From Candidatus Syntropharchaeum caldarium (lineage in GTDB: Archaea > Halobacteriota > Syntropharchaeia > Syntropharchaeales > Syntropharchaeaceae), in the NCBI GenBank assembly GCA_001766815.1, contig LYOS01000002.1, positions 39,777 through 103,776 of the forward strand: a DNA stretch of 64,000 nt, given 5' to 3'. Both the position numbers and the translations under genes were made by a program. Below the pieces are notes generated by a model. It was given only the letters and a program-made list of their open reading frames with translations. It did no database searches and was not told the origin of the DNA. This document shows, in pieces, positions 20,335-30,045 of this stretch (within the stretch, counting starts at the first letter, position 1; each line of letters opens with the position of its first letter).

Positions 20335-21210
20335 ATGATCGAAGTGAGGGAGTTGCGAAAGGAGTATGGCAAATTTGTAGCGGTTGAGGGTCTGGATTTT
20401 ACGGTTGAAAAAGGCGAGATATTTGGTATTGTGGGCCCAAACGGGGCTGGAAAGACGACAACTCTCAAGATGATCTCAACACTCATCCAGCCAACCTCTG
20501 GAAAAGTGCGCATTGGAGGTTTTGATGCGATTGATGATGAGATCGAGGTCAGGAAACGACTTGGTTTTCTGCCGGAAGAATCACCACTCTATGAAAACAT
20601 GACGATCGATGGGTATCTCCTTTTTTTCTCAGAGCTTTATGGACTTGAACCAGAGGATGCACTTTTGAAAATAGATAAGCTACTGTCAATGCTTAATTTA
20701 GAGAACAATGGAAAGAGACTCGGTAATCTCTCGAAAGGAATGAAAAGAAAGGTCGTAATTGCAAGATCTCTCCTGAACGACCCTGATGTTTTGATCTATG
20801 ATGAGCCAACATCTGGACTTGACCCAATGACCTCAAAGCAGATCATTGACTTCATTTATGAGATGAAACAGGAAGAGAAGACGATTGTTTTCAGTGCACA
20901 CAATCTCTATCAGGTTGAGAAGATCTGTGACAGAATTCTGATCATGAAAAATGGTAGATCAGTTGTTATCGGGACTGTTGACGAGATTAGAAAAAGATGG
21001 GGCGAGGAGAGCTATTTTGTGGAGTTTGTCTCCGCGAACCCTCCTCAGGGAGATCTCTGGCGTGAGAACGGACATTATAAAATGAAGTGCAGAGGTTCAC
21101 ACGAGATGAACGATGTGACGCGCTTCATACTGGAGCATGGGGGAGAGATCCTCAGGATAACGCCATACGAATCAACGCTCGAGGAGATCTTCATACGTGT
21201 TGTGGAGTAG
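20335..21210 (+). CDS. ABC transporter ATP-binding protein (ABC-2/CcmA-like); no permease gene adjacent
   Basis: Walker A 'GPNGAGKTT', signature 'LSKGMKRKV', Walker B 'LIYDEPTSGLD'. Confidence 0.85.
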   Translation: MIEVRELRKEYGKFVAVEGLDFTVEKGEIFGIVGPNGAGKTTTLKMISTLIQPTSGKVRIGGFDAIDDEIEVRKRLGFLPEESPLYENMTIDGYLLFFSELYGLEPEDALLKIDKLLSMLNLENNGKRLGNLSKGMKRKVVIARSLLNDPDVLIYDEPTSGLDPMTSKQIIDFIYEMKQEEKTIVFSAHNLYQVEKICDRILIMKNGRSVVIGTVDEIRKRWGEESYFVEFVSANPPQGDLWRENGHYKMKCRGSHEMNDVTRFILEHGGEILRITPYESTLEEIFIRVVE

Positions 21211-21221
21211 ATGTAACACCA

Positions 21222-22613
21222 TCAGGCTTGCTGTTCAAGTAGTGCTATCGCAAAAGTAATCATATTCTTGTACTGATCATCCACCCGCTCTTTTGCATCA
21301 CGCAGAGCGTCGATAACACTTTTATCCCCCAGATACCCAAGTGCAACCGCTGCACCACCAGTAAGATCCCCATCCTCTGAGTTTAGAAGCTCAGTGAGCA
21401 GATCACGGGCGCCTTCAACGCCTTTCATCTGTGCGAGACAGTTGAATAGAATCACTGCCCTGTTTCTTCTATTATAAGATTCTGAACTTGTGAGTTCCTC
21501 TTTCAGGAATGGAAGCATGTCTTCGCCTGATTCAACAATTTTATCCACAAACGCACCGATGACAGCCTCATCAAAGACTTTGATTCCGTCGATCATAACC
21601 CTTTTAGATGAGTCACCACCGATCTTTGAAAGGATCTCAGGTGCATCCAGTGAAATTGGATCACCGCGCAGGATGGCAGATCGAAGATATGGTATCGCAT
21701 CCTCGCCGAGCTCAACGATCTCATCAACTTCACCGCCCGCAACGATCGCGCAAAGATCAGAGTCCGTGTCAACAGTGCCTGCTGATTCAAGTGCCATGAT
21801 CTCATTCACGCGCCATATCAGGTTATCAAACTCCTCTCGATTAAGATATCTGGTCTCTGGATCACCAGCATGCTCATTATATTTTATTGCGAGTTCTACT
21901 CCCTCTTCTGCGAGTTTTAAAGCCTCATCATAGGTGCCGGTCTTTATCATGCCCTCGATCAGTTTTGCACGGCTTAAAAGATCCTCTGGGTAGCGTGATG
22001 CGATCTTACCCCCAACCTCGATAAGCTCATCAACCCGGTTCTCCCGGTCAAAGAATGCCATGAGATTTACAAGGGCTGAATAATCGTCTGGATTAACCTC
22101 CAGAACCTCCTTAAATTCTTTCTCAGGATCTTTTACCTCCACATATCCTGCAACAAGGTAATCAGCGAGCCTATCAAAGATCTCTTCCCCTCTTGCCTCT
22201 TCTACAATTGAGATTGCACGCTCAAGATCTGCTATCTCACGTCTCACAATGTGATACTCTCTGCTTTCCTCGTCGAGCTTCTCACATAATTCCTTGCCAT
22301 GCTTTGACATCTCTTCAAGGCGCGTCTTGAGTGCATCAACCCAGACGGGGTCATTGATATCCTTCAAGTTCTTGAGCCTGTAGCCTGTCTCGATCTGATC
22401 AAAAACGGGCATCATCTCACGAGCTATAAGTTTCCATGCTCCATTCTCTATTGTTCCAACGTCTATGGGCTTGAATTCTTTGATCTGGTCATAAAATTTA
22501 GCGATGCGTTCTGCAAACTCCTTCTGTGACTCAGTACCACGTTTTTTAAGCAGTCTTATGGCACGCCTGACCTCTTTCTCCGGTTTATTCCTTGCCATAC
22601 TATCACATTCCAT
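21222..22613 (-). CDS. HEAT/PBS-lyase-repeat protein, function unknown
   Basis: Helical repeat protein. C-terminal 'AVALGYLGDKSVIDALRDA' type HEAT-like repeats. Confidence 0.5.
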   Translation of the reverse strand: MECDSMARNKPEKEVRRAIRLLKKRGTESQKEFAERIAKFYDQIKEFKPIDVGTIENGAWKLIAREMMPVFDQIETGYRLKNLKDINDPVWVDALKTRLEEMSKHGKELCEKLDEESREYHIVRREIADLERAISIVEEARGEEIFDRLADYLVAGYVEVKDPEKEFKEVLEVNPDDYSALVNLMAFFDRENRVDELIEVGGKIASRYPEDLLSRAKLIEGMIKTGTYDEALKLAEEGVELAIKYNEHAGDPETRYLNREEFDNLIWRVNEIMALESAGTVDTDSDLCAIVAGGEVDEIVELGEDAIPYLRSAILRGDPISLDAPEILSKIGGDSSKRVMIDGIKVFDEAVIGAFVDKIVESGEDMLPFLKEELTSSESYNRRNRAVILFNCLAQMKGVEGARDLLTELLNSEDGDLTGGAAVALGYLGDKSVIDALRDAKERVDDQYKNMITFAIALLEQQA

Positions 22614-22743
22614 GCGACATACTACACCATACTAAAAAGTATTTTCCTGTTCCCGTCTGCCATGAGATAGATCAGATAGATCATCAGACAACTCTTATAT
22701 AGACTGTTAAATCTATTTTTTTAAGTACGCGAGGTGCAAAGGT

Positions 22744-24336
22744 ATGACAACAGCGGGAAGCTCTCCCATCGTTATTCTCAGTAAAGGTACAGCCAGTTCA
22801 AGGGGAACTGAGGTGCAAAACAATAACATTTCTGCAGCAATGGCAGTTGCAGAAGCAGTAAGAACAACACTCGGACCACGAGGAATGGACAAGATGCTTG
22901 TCGATACAATTGGAGATGTGGTGATCACAAACGATGGCAGCACAATCCTCAAGGAGATCGATATTGAGCATCCTGCGGCAAAGATGGTCGTCGAGATCTC
23001 AAAGACACAGGATACAGAAGCAGGTGATGGAACAACAACCGCGGTTGTGATCGCTGGTGAACTCCTGAAAGGTGCAAAAGAACTTATTGAACTTGACGTG
23101 CACCCCGCCGCAATCATCTCTGGCTATCGCAGCGCGCTCAAACTGGCGAAAGAAGCGCTCGATGAGATCGCGATCGATATGGACGCAATTGAGAATGATG
23201 AAACGCTCCTCAAGATCGCAAGAACATCACTCACTGGCAAGGGCGTTGATGTGGCACACGATCATCTCGCTGAGGTTGTGGTTGCTGCTGCAAGGGCGGT
23301 TGCAGACGAGGAGGGGGTTGATATCGATCGAATCAATGTGGAGCGGAAGGTCGGAGGCAGGGTGAATGATACATTCATGATAAATGGGGTTGCGATCGAC
23401 AAGGAGAAGGTACATTCAGGTATGCCTGATAGAATCAGGGACGCAAAGATCGCACTCATCAACTCATCGCTTGAGATTAGAAAGACCGAGTTCAGTTCAG
23501 AGATCGCCATAAAAAGCCCTGATCAGCTTCAGACATTTTTGGAGCGGGAAGAGGCGTTGATGAAGGAGATGGTGGAGAAGATCAAAGCGAGCGGTGCAAA
23601 CGTTGTTTTCTGCCAGAAAGGAATGGATGATCTGGTACAGTTTTATTTCGCAGATAAAGGTATACTCGCCCTAAGGAGAGTCAAAAAAAGCGATATGGAG
23701 CGTATTTCAAGAGCGACAGGGGCACAGGTCATCACAAACATCGATATGATCGATGAAGAAGCTCTTGGAAGGGCAGAACTTGTCGAGGAGCGGCGGTTTG
23801 GTGGGGATAAGATGACGATCATAGAGGGATGTCTCGATCCAAAAGCAGTATCGATTGTTCTGCGCGGTGGGACGGATTATGTTGTTTCAGAGTTAGAACG
23901 GGCGATTCACGATGCATTGAATACGGTTGGGTCTGCGATTGAGGATAGAAAGATTGTAGCTGGCGGAGGATCACCAGAGGTCGAACTCGCGATGCGGTTG
24001 CGGTCATACAGCAGCAGACTCAAAGGAAAGGAGCAACTCGCTCTTAAGAAATTTGCAGATGCGCTTGAGGTGATACCAGAGACACTTGCCGAGAACTCAG
24101 GATTTGATCCAATGAACAAACTCGTTGAACTGCGTGCTATGCACAATAAAGGTCAAAAAACGGCTGGAATCGATGTCCAAACTGGAAAAATCAGCGATAT
24201 GCTTGAGCAGGGTGTGATCGAACCGTTGCGCGTGAAGCGCCAGGCTTTAAACTCGGCTGTAGATGCCGCAACGATGCTCCTGCGAATAGATGATGCAATT
24301 CCTATGAAAGGATCATCGCCCGGGGAGAGAAAGTGA
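22744..24336 (+). CDS. ths: thermosome subunit (group II chaperonin)
   Basis: '[12 protein letters not shown]', '[21 protein letters not shown]', 'GDGTTTAVV', '[11 protein letters not shown]' signatures. Confidence 0.95.
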   Translation: MTTAGSSPIVILSKGTASSRGTEVQNNNISAAMAVAEAVRTTLGPRGMDKMLVDTIGDVVITNDGSTILKEIDIEHPAAKMVVEISKTQDTEAGDGTTTAVVIAGELLKGAKELIELDVHPAAIISGYRSALKLAKEALDEIAIDMDAIENDETLLKIARTSLTGKGVDVAHDHLAEVVVAAARAVADEEGVDIDRINVERKVGGRVNDTFMINGVAIDKEKVHSGMPDRIRDAKIALINSSLEIRKTEFSSEIAIKSPDQLQTFLEREEALMKEMVEKIKASGANVVFCQKGMDDLVQFYFADKGILALRRVKKSDMERISRATGAQVITNIDMIDEEALGRAELVEERRFGGDKMTIIEGCLDPKAVSIVLRGGTDYVVSELERAIHDALNTVGSAIEDRKIVAGGGSPEVELAMRLRSYSSRLKGKEQLALKKFADALEVIPETLAENSGFDPMNKLVELRAMHNKGQKTAGIDVQTGKISDMLEQGVIEPLRVKRQALNSAVDAATMLLRIDDAIPMKGSSPGERK

Positions 24337-24362
24337 TATGCCTCCGGTGATATTATATTACT

Positions 24363-25694
24363 ATGCAACATATGGATCTGAGTACAATCAATATCAGCAC
24401 AAAGGATAGAGAACTACTGAAGAAGAACGGTATCCGTACTGTGGAGGCGCTCGCGATTTTAACTCCAGGCGAGCTCCCGTTCGGAAAGCAGAAAGCAAGT
24501 GCGATGATACAGAACGCAAGGAATGTGATCGCATCGAATAATATCGAAGCGATCGAGATAGAAGATGAAGAGGTGAGGGTGATCTGTTCTGAGCTTGATC
24601 CTGTGATTGAAGCATCGATCAAAGCAGTACTCGGGCTTGATAACCCACACAATCTCATCGAGGTCGAGGATAAAGAATTTTTGATAACTCCAAAGTGGGG
24701 GGCTGAACTCACATGGCGAAGGCTTGTCCTACCACAGATCGTTAAATGGAAGTATGTACTCGATAGTTCAAAAGAGGAACTTCTAAAGGAAAACAGTGGC
24801 TTATCGCTTGATCCAAGCGCAATCATCGATTTTGCTAAGAGCAAAGGCTTTGATGGCTTCTGCAGAGATGTTTTTGAGGATATAAAGGGCAATGAGATCA
24901 TGAAGATGGCGATCACAACCGCACTCTTCTCCACTTTTGATGAACCTGTTCATATTGCGATTGTGGGACCACCCGCATCATCAAAGACCCTTGCACGGGA
25001 GATAATCTCTGACAATATCTCATCTGTTGAGCGAATTGGTGGGAACAGCACAAGAGCAGGGCTTGTTATAAATTATTCTACAGGAGAGCTTGGATCGATC
25101 GCTTATGCAGATGAGCGTCTTGTGCTTGCAGATGAGTTTGATAAAGTCCCGAAAGGAGATATCGAGATGATCTATGAGCTCATGAGCAACGGAACCTGCG
25201 ATGTCCACTCGGGCAGGGTCCACAGAACGATACGCTCAAAGTTCATCATGATAGCAACGATGAATCCCAGAAGAGATGTATTCTCAGCCAATGCGATCGA
25301 AGATATCGGACTGCCACCGACACTGGCATCAAGGTTTGCACTGATCGTTAAGACCGACGATCTCGGTAAACCTGACAGGCTTGATCTCTTCAAAAAGAAG
25401 TTTTACACAGGAAATGAACTCAAAAAGTTCTCGCTCTACTTTGATGAGTGGGTAAAACTTGCACGGACTCATGAACCAGGTATTGTAGCCTCAAACGTTG
25501 ATGAATACCTTGAGAAGATCAATGAGATCGTTGAGGAGTTTGGGTCATCGCCCCTGAGGCGAGATAACAGAATGGGGGAATATGCAAGAAATATTGCATT
25601 CGCGATCGCAAGGTCTGAGTTTACCGATGTCGACGATCGTGTGCTTGATAAGGCACTGGAGATCATCGAAGGTTCTGTGAGGGAGTGGTTGTAA
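24363..25694 (+). CDS. short MCM-family-like AAA+ ATPase with N-terminal helix-hairpin-helix-like segment
   Basis: 'IKGNEIMKMAITTALF', Walker A 'GPPASSKT', Walker B 'LVLADEFDK', 'ATMNP', Arg-finger-like 'SRFALIV'. N-terminal 'LLKKNGIRTVEALAILTPGEL'. Confidence 0.5.
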   Translation: MQHMDLSTINISTKDRELLKKNGIRTVEALAILTPGELPFGKQKASAMIQNARNVIASNNIEAIEIEDEEVRVICSELDPVIEASIKAVLGLDNPHNLIEVEDKEFLITPKWGAELTWRRLVLPQIVKWKYVLDSSKEELLKENSGLSLDPSAIIDFAKSKGFDGFCRDVFEDIKGNEIMKMAITTALFSTFDEPVHIAIVGPPASSKTLAREIISDNISSVERIGGNSTRAGLVINYSTGELGSIAYADERLVLADEFDKVPKGDIEMIYELMSNGTCDVHSGRVHRTIRSKFIMIATMNPRRDVFSANAIEDIGLPPTLASRFALIVKTDDLGKPDRLDLFKKKFYTGNELKKFSLYFDEWVKLARTHEPGIVASNVDEYLEKINEIVEEFGSSPLRRDNRMGEYARNIAFAIARSEFTDVDDRVLDKALEIIEGSVREWL

Positions 25695-26951
25695 TCAGAG
25701 CGCCTGCATAATCTCCCTGGCTCGATCCATACGAATTGCTCCTTCTTTAATCATGATCTCCGCGACCTTATCGATCTGATCGCCTGTTGCACCCGCTGCA
25801 ATCGCGATATTCTTTGCATGAAGTTTCATATGTCCACGCTGTATCCCCTCGGTTGCAAGCGCTCTCAGTGCTGCAAAATTCTGGGCAAGCCCTACTGCAG
25901 CGATCACCTCAGAAAGCTCTGACGCGGTTTTAACACCAAGCATCCTGATCGAAGCCCTTGCTACAGGATGTGTTCTCGTTGCACCACCCACAAGTCCCAC
26001 CGCGACAGGCATCTCGATTGTACCAGCAAGATCTCCGTTCTCGGTCTTTTCCCATCTTGTAAGTGGCTGGTAGTTACCGTTTCTGGCAGCATACGCATGT
26101 GCACCTGCCTCGATCGCCCGTGTATCGTTTCCTGTTGCAAGCACAACCGCGCTGACGCCGTTCATTATCCCTTTGTTATGGGTTGCCGCCCGATAGGGAT
26201 CAAGCTTTGCAAGCCTGTAGGCATCGATGATCCGATCAACGACCTCTTCCCCCCCGATCACATTTTTGGGAAAGATCGCCCCAGCCATCGCAACCCTTCT
26301 ATCTGCAAGATTTGAAATAATCTTCAAAATCGCTTCTCCACCTGTAATCTCCTCAAGAATTGGGGAAACACTCTCTGCCATTGTGTTAACAGCATTTGCA
26401 CCCATTGCATCGCGACAATCGACCAGCAGATGTACTACAAGCATCGACTCTCTGCCATCCTCGATGACGCGTACCTCAAGATCCTTTGCACCACCCCCCA
26501 TCTTAACAAGCATTGGATCCTGTGCATTTGCGTGCTCTATAATTCTCTTCTGTGCCTTAAGTACCTCAAACCTTGCAGCAAAAGGATCTTTGATACCAAC
26601 AAGCTGTATCTGACCAATCATTACTGGATCACTCGAACTTGTCGTGAATCCGCCCCCCTCTCGCGCCATCTTTGCCGCGTTGCTCGCTGCTGCAATAACA
26701 GAAGCTTCTTCTATCGCCATGGGGATGAGGTAATCCTTATCATTTATCCTGAAGTTCAGTCCCACCCCGAGCGGCATCTCCAGATAGCCGATCACATTCT
26801 CAACCATCCGATCGAGATCCGTAATCGTTGCACCGCTGCCAGCAATCGCTGATGTTTCTTCGTCAGAGAGATCGGCGAAAGCTTTCACGATTTCAAGCCG
26901 CTCTTCGGGATTTTTCTTGAAAAAACCTGAGATCCTTGAGTTTTTCTCCAC
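25695..26951 (-). CDS. hmgA: hydroxymethylglutaryl-CoA reductase, class II (bacterial-type)
   Basis: '[44 protein letters not shown]...[16 protein letters not shown]' matches class II enzymes. GTG start 7 nt after GGGGG; no nearby in-frame ATG. Confidence 0.9.
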   Translation of the reverse strand: MEKNSRISGFFKKNPEERLEIVKAFADLSDEETSAIAGSGATITDLDRMVENVIGYLEMPLGVGLNFRINDKDYLIPMAIEEASVIAAASNAAKMAREGGGFTTSSSDPVMIGQIQLVGIKDPFAARFEVLKAQKRIIEHANAQDPMLVKMGGGAKDLEVRVIEDGRESMLVVHLLVDCRDAMGANAVNTMAESVSPILEEITGGEAILKIISNLADRRVAMAGAIFPKNVIGGEEVVDRIIDAYRLAKLDPYRAATHNKGIMNGVSAVVLATGNDTRAIEAGAHAYAARNGNYQPLTRWEKTENGDLAGTIEMPVAVGLVGGATRTHPVARASIRMLGVKTASELSEVIAAVGLAQNFAALRALATEGIQRGHMKLHAKNIAIAAGATGDQIDKVAEIMIKEGAIRMDRAREIMQAL

Positions 26952-26991
26952 AATTGCGCCCCCTTATGAACGCTATGCTATGATCATTATC

Positions 26992-28170
26992 CTACAGTAT
27001 TCCAACAAGATCTTTCAGTATCAATGGATTCTTCCTGATGATCCTGATTATGAACTCGGTGCTGCTTAACCCCTCGATATCTTCCCCATCAAGCGAGGCT
27101 GCGATTCTGTTAAGCTCAGCATCACTCAGTTTTAATAAAACATTCTTTGTCCTGAGCATCTTACTGAGTTTCTTGCCGATCTCTTCGCGCCATCGCACCT
27201 CATACTCATCAAGCCCGCTGGCAGATGTATCACCACGCGATATGGCATCTGCTGCAACCTCACCTGCGATGACCCCTGCATTCATTGCGTTGATAATTCC
27301 ACCCCCTGTCAATGGATCGCTCTGTCTCGCAGCATCGCCGACAAGCATCAAACCATCTGCAACTGTCTGTTTGATCGGTCCACAAACTGCAACACCGCCA
27401 AGAACAACCTCAAGGATCTTTCCCTCAGGAAACCTGGATTTTACGAATCGGTTGAGGTAATCGATCGGCCTGAGATCGCCCATCATCGTGCTATTGAGCC
27501 CTATGCCGACGTTTGCCATCTGCTCACCCTTGGGAAAGACCCACGCATAGCCGCCTGGGGCAATCTCATTCCCAAGATAGAACTCGGTGAAGAAGCCATC
27601 AAGCTCAATCCCTGTGATTAAATACTGGGCGCATGTTACAATATCCTCCAGTCCGAGGCAGGTATCAATTCCACCCCACCTTCCAACCTTCGACTCAATC
27701 CCATCTGCACCGACCACAATATCAGATTTTATACTGTGATGTTCACCAAGATGGACAACCTCGACACCAGCAATCCTACCATTATCAAACAGAAGCCCTG
27801 ATGCCCGACACTTGACAACCACATCGGCACCAGCTCTAACCGCATTCTGTGCAAGTACACGATCAAATATCTTACGCTCAAGGATGCATCCGCTTTTACT
27901 GGCACTTGCGATCTTGAGGTGAGACCCGTTTGGCGCATATATCTTTGCAGCCTCAATTTCACATGCTATCCAGCGATCATCCAGGGTTACATAGCGAGCC
28001 AGCTCTTTTGTACCAACCCCTTCCGCACATCTAACAGGCGTCCCGATCTCCTGTCGCTTCTCGATCATGAGAACTTCAAGTCCTGCTTCTGCAGCAGTCT
28101 TTGCCGCCATCGATCCCCCTGGACCTGCGCCAACAACTATGAGGTCATATTTATCCTTAAATTCCATCAT
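26992..28170 (-). CDS. geranylgeranyl reductase family flavoprotein (digeranylgeranylglycerophospholipid reductase-like)
   Basis: 'YDLIVVGAGPGGSMAAKTAAEAGL' FAD fold, 'RCAEG', 'GDAA' motifs. Confidence 0.9.
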   Translation of the reverse strand: MMEFKDKYDLIVVGAGPGGSMAAKTAAEAGLEVLMIEKRQEIGTPVRCAEGVGTKELARYVTLDDRWIACEIEAAKIYAPNGSHLKIASASKSGCILERKIFDRVLAQNAVRAGADVVVKCRASGLLFDNGRIAGVEVVHLGEHHSIKSDIVVGADGIESKVGRWGGIDTCLGLEDIVTCAQYLITGIELDGFFTEFYLGNEIAPGGYAWVFPKGEQMANVGIGLNSTMMGDLRPIDYLNRFVKSRFPEGKILEVVLGGVAVCGPIKQTVADGLMLVGDAARQSDPLTGGGIINAMNAGVIAGEVAADAISRGDTSASGLDEYEVRWREEIGKKLSKMLRTKNVLLKLSDAELNRIAASLDGEDIEGLSSTEFIIRIIRKNPLILKDLVGIL

Positions 28171-28343
28171 TCAACCTCCATCGCGAGAGCACCGACAGGA
28201 CAGACATCGACACATGACCTGCAATCTGAACAGCTATCCTGATCGATCTCAAGCCACAACTCAATAAGATCGAGTGCGTTTGACGGACAGACGCCAACGC
28301 ATGTTCCACAATAGCCACATTTATATCTGTTTACAAGAATCAA
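28167..28343 (-). CDS. 2x[4Fe-4S] ferredoxin coupled to the geranylgeranyl reductase
   Basis: 'CGYCGTCVGVCP' and 'CSDCRSCVDVCP'; ATGA overlap with the reductase gene. The track start 28388 overlaps the tRNA, so the in-frame TTG at 28343 is proposed. Start uncertain. Confidence 0.7.
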   Translation of the reverse strand: MILVNRYKCGYCGTCVGVCPSNALDLIELWLEIDQDSCSDCRSCVDVCPVGALAMEVE

Positions 28344-28364
28344 AACCTCATCACCCCTGAGCAA

Positions 28365-28439
28365 TAGCGGGGGATGGATTCGAACCATCGATCTTCGGGT
28401 TATGAGCCCGACGGGATCTCCTGACTACCCCACCCCGCT
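28365..28439 (-). tRNA. initiator tRNA-Met (anticodon CAT)
   Basis: Minus strand reads AGCGGGGTGGGGTAGTCAGGAGATCCCGTCGGGCTCATAACCCGAAGATCGATGGTTCGAATCCATCCCCCGCT+A. It has an A1:U72 pair, three G:C pairs closing the CTCATAA anticodon loop, and a GGTTCGAATCC T-arm. CCA is not encoded. Confidence 0.9.
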
Positions 28440-28461
28440 AATGTAACCTAATAACGATGGG

Positions 28462-28470
28462 TTAATAAAG
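28462..28470 (-). promoter_or_regulatory. candidate TATA box for the tRNA-Met gene
   Basis: Minus strand 'CTTTATTAA' centred about 27 nt upstream of tRNA position 1. Confidence 0.35.
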
Positions 28471-28530
28471 GTTGTGGATTGTTTTCGCTGATGGCAATAT
28501 TGATTAACAGCTTCTCATATATTTAATACA

Positions 28531-29577
28531 ATGAATTCCAGAACGATTAGATTACTCACACTTCAGATCATCATCGTCTCACTTCTAATTCCAATAATAG
28601 CGGCAGCCCAGCCTGTAATTGAGATCAACTACTTCTATGGCAAAGACTGCCCACACTGCCAGGCTCTCAATCCCATAATCGATGAGATCGAAGCTGATCA
28701 TCCCAACCTGGTAATTCACCGCTATGAAGTCTATTATAATGACACAAACTACGAGATATTCGATGAGTTTCGAGATCGTTATGGGATAAAAGTCGGGGGT
28801 GTGCCGGTAATTTTCTTCAACGATACATACCTCTCAGGCGATATCACAAAAGAAGAGATTGAACGCGAGATCGCGCGGATAGAGGCAGGTGAAACGGACA
28901 AAACGCCTGAATCAAAGGTTTCAATCCCTTTTCTGATTATTTCAGGTATTGTAAATGGTCTGATCAACCTCTGCACATTCGCTGTCTTCATACTTCTTTT
29001 AACATCACTTCTCATCCTCAATGACCGGCGAAAGATAATTATAATCGGGATTACATTCATCATTGCAGTTTATCTGACCTATCTACTCGTTGGAGTCGGT
29101 CTGATAAACACATTCCTCTTTGCAGGCACAGAGCGGTATATAAGAAGTGCTGTAATCATCATAGCGCTTCTGGCAGGGGTTATAAACATAAGAGACTTTT
29201 TCACAGGCGAATCAACGCTTGCAATTCCCAAATTTGCAAAACCAGGGATCAAACGGATGATCGAGTACGCTTCACTCCCCACAGCAGGGGTGCTTGGTGT
29301 GTTTGCAACACTTGTCGGACTTCCCTGCACGGTTGGTGTCTATCTGCCAGTTCTGACTGCACTCTCTGCTGAGCCACCACTTCAGGCAATTCTCTACCTC
29401 CTGTTTTATAATATCATCTATATCTTACCATTATTTGGGATAATCGCACTCGTTTACTTTGGTACAGACCCTGAGGAACTCGATGAGATGAGAGAAAGTA
29501 AAAAAAGATATGTCAGACTCTTTGGAGGTATTGTGATACTTTCAATCGGAATATTGATGCTTATAGGGGTTATATAG
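28531..29577 (+). CDS. thioredoxin-like (CPHC) domain fused to a CcdA/DsbD-family thiol-disulfide transporter
   Basis: Signal/anchor, 'YFYGKDCPHCQAL', then 6 TM with membrane Cys residues 'LINLCTFAVF' and 'GLPCTVGVYLP'. Confidence 0.7.
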   Translation: MNSRTIRLLTLQIIIVSLLIPIIAAAQPVIEINYFYGKDCPHCQALNPIIDEIEADHPNLVIHRYEVYYNDTNYEIFDEFRDRYGIKVGGVPVIFFNDTYLSGDITKEEIEREIARIEAGETDKTPESKVSIPFLIISGIVNGLINLCTFAVFILLLTSLLILNDRRKIIIIGITFIIAVYLTYLLVGVGLINTFLFAGTERYIRSAVIIIALLAGVINIRDFFTGESTLAIPKFAKPGIKRMIEYASLPTAGVLGVFATLVGLPCTVGVYLPVLTALSAEPPLQAILYLLFYNIIYILPLFGIIALVYFGTDPEELDEMRESKKRYVRLFGGIVILSIGILMLIGVI

Positions 29578-29586
29578 GATGGAAAA

Positions 29587-29843
29587 ATGATCTTCGATTT
29601 TCACATGGAAACCTTTAGAAGAGAGGTTTTTGAAAGTGAAGAGATTATGGAAACTTTTGTTGCAGAAGGGGTAGTGTAATGAAGTTCCCAAAAGATGCAT
29701 AGGCGAAAGGTCATAAAAATGGGACTAAAACTCCTTTAACCATGCCTAACCATGATAGGATAAAAGGTTCGAGACTGAGAGTTATTTGCAGGCAATCAGG
29801 TATAAAGTGGGAGGAGTTTTTAAAAGCTTATGAAGAAACATGA
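29587..29843 (+). pseudogene. decayed HicA/YcfA-like toxin gene (frameshift plus in-frame TAG)
   Basis: Frame a (29587-29679): 'MIFDFHMETFRREVFESEEIMETFVAEGVV*'. Frame b (29679-29843): 'MKFPKDA*AKGHKNGTKTPLTMPNHDRIKGSRLRVICRQSGIKWEEFLKAYEET*'. The C-terminus resembles HicA (..kG(S)H....vP.H...ikkGtLr.Il.qaGi..eeFl). Confidence 0.45.
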
Positions 29844-29850
29844 GCAACTT

Positions 29851-29945
29851 CGCATAACAGCGTGTATCTGGCTCCGTGCCTTAGGCACTCCGCTCAAATT
29901 CCACCTGCGGGAACTTCGGATACACTCGGAACGTTATATGAAATT
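29851..29945 (+). repeat. structured intergenic repeat, copy A
   Basis: CGCATAACAGCGTGTATCTGGCT...CTTCGGATAC...CGTTATATGAAAT. Termini CATAAC/GTTAT are inverted; internal hairpin GTGCC-TTA-GGCAC. Confidence 0.5.
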
Positions 29946-30045
29946 GAAAAGGGGGCTTTGGCTTTTTTAGTGGTTGATGTTTGGCTTATTGCTTATAGCA
30001 AGTATTTTATAGCAATTGCTACACAATGTATAGCAGGCGATATAG

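Noticed and set aside
29700-29702. In-frame TAG in the HicA-like gene as a pyrrolysine codon
   Set aside because: The gene also carries a frameshift and a degenerate catalytic motif. Pyl decoding is confined to specific methyltransferase genes in the lineages that have it, so a pseudogene is the simpler reading.
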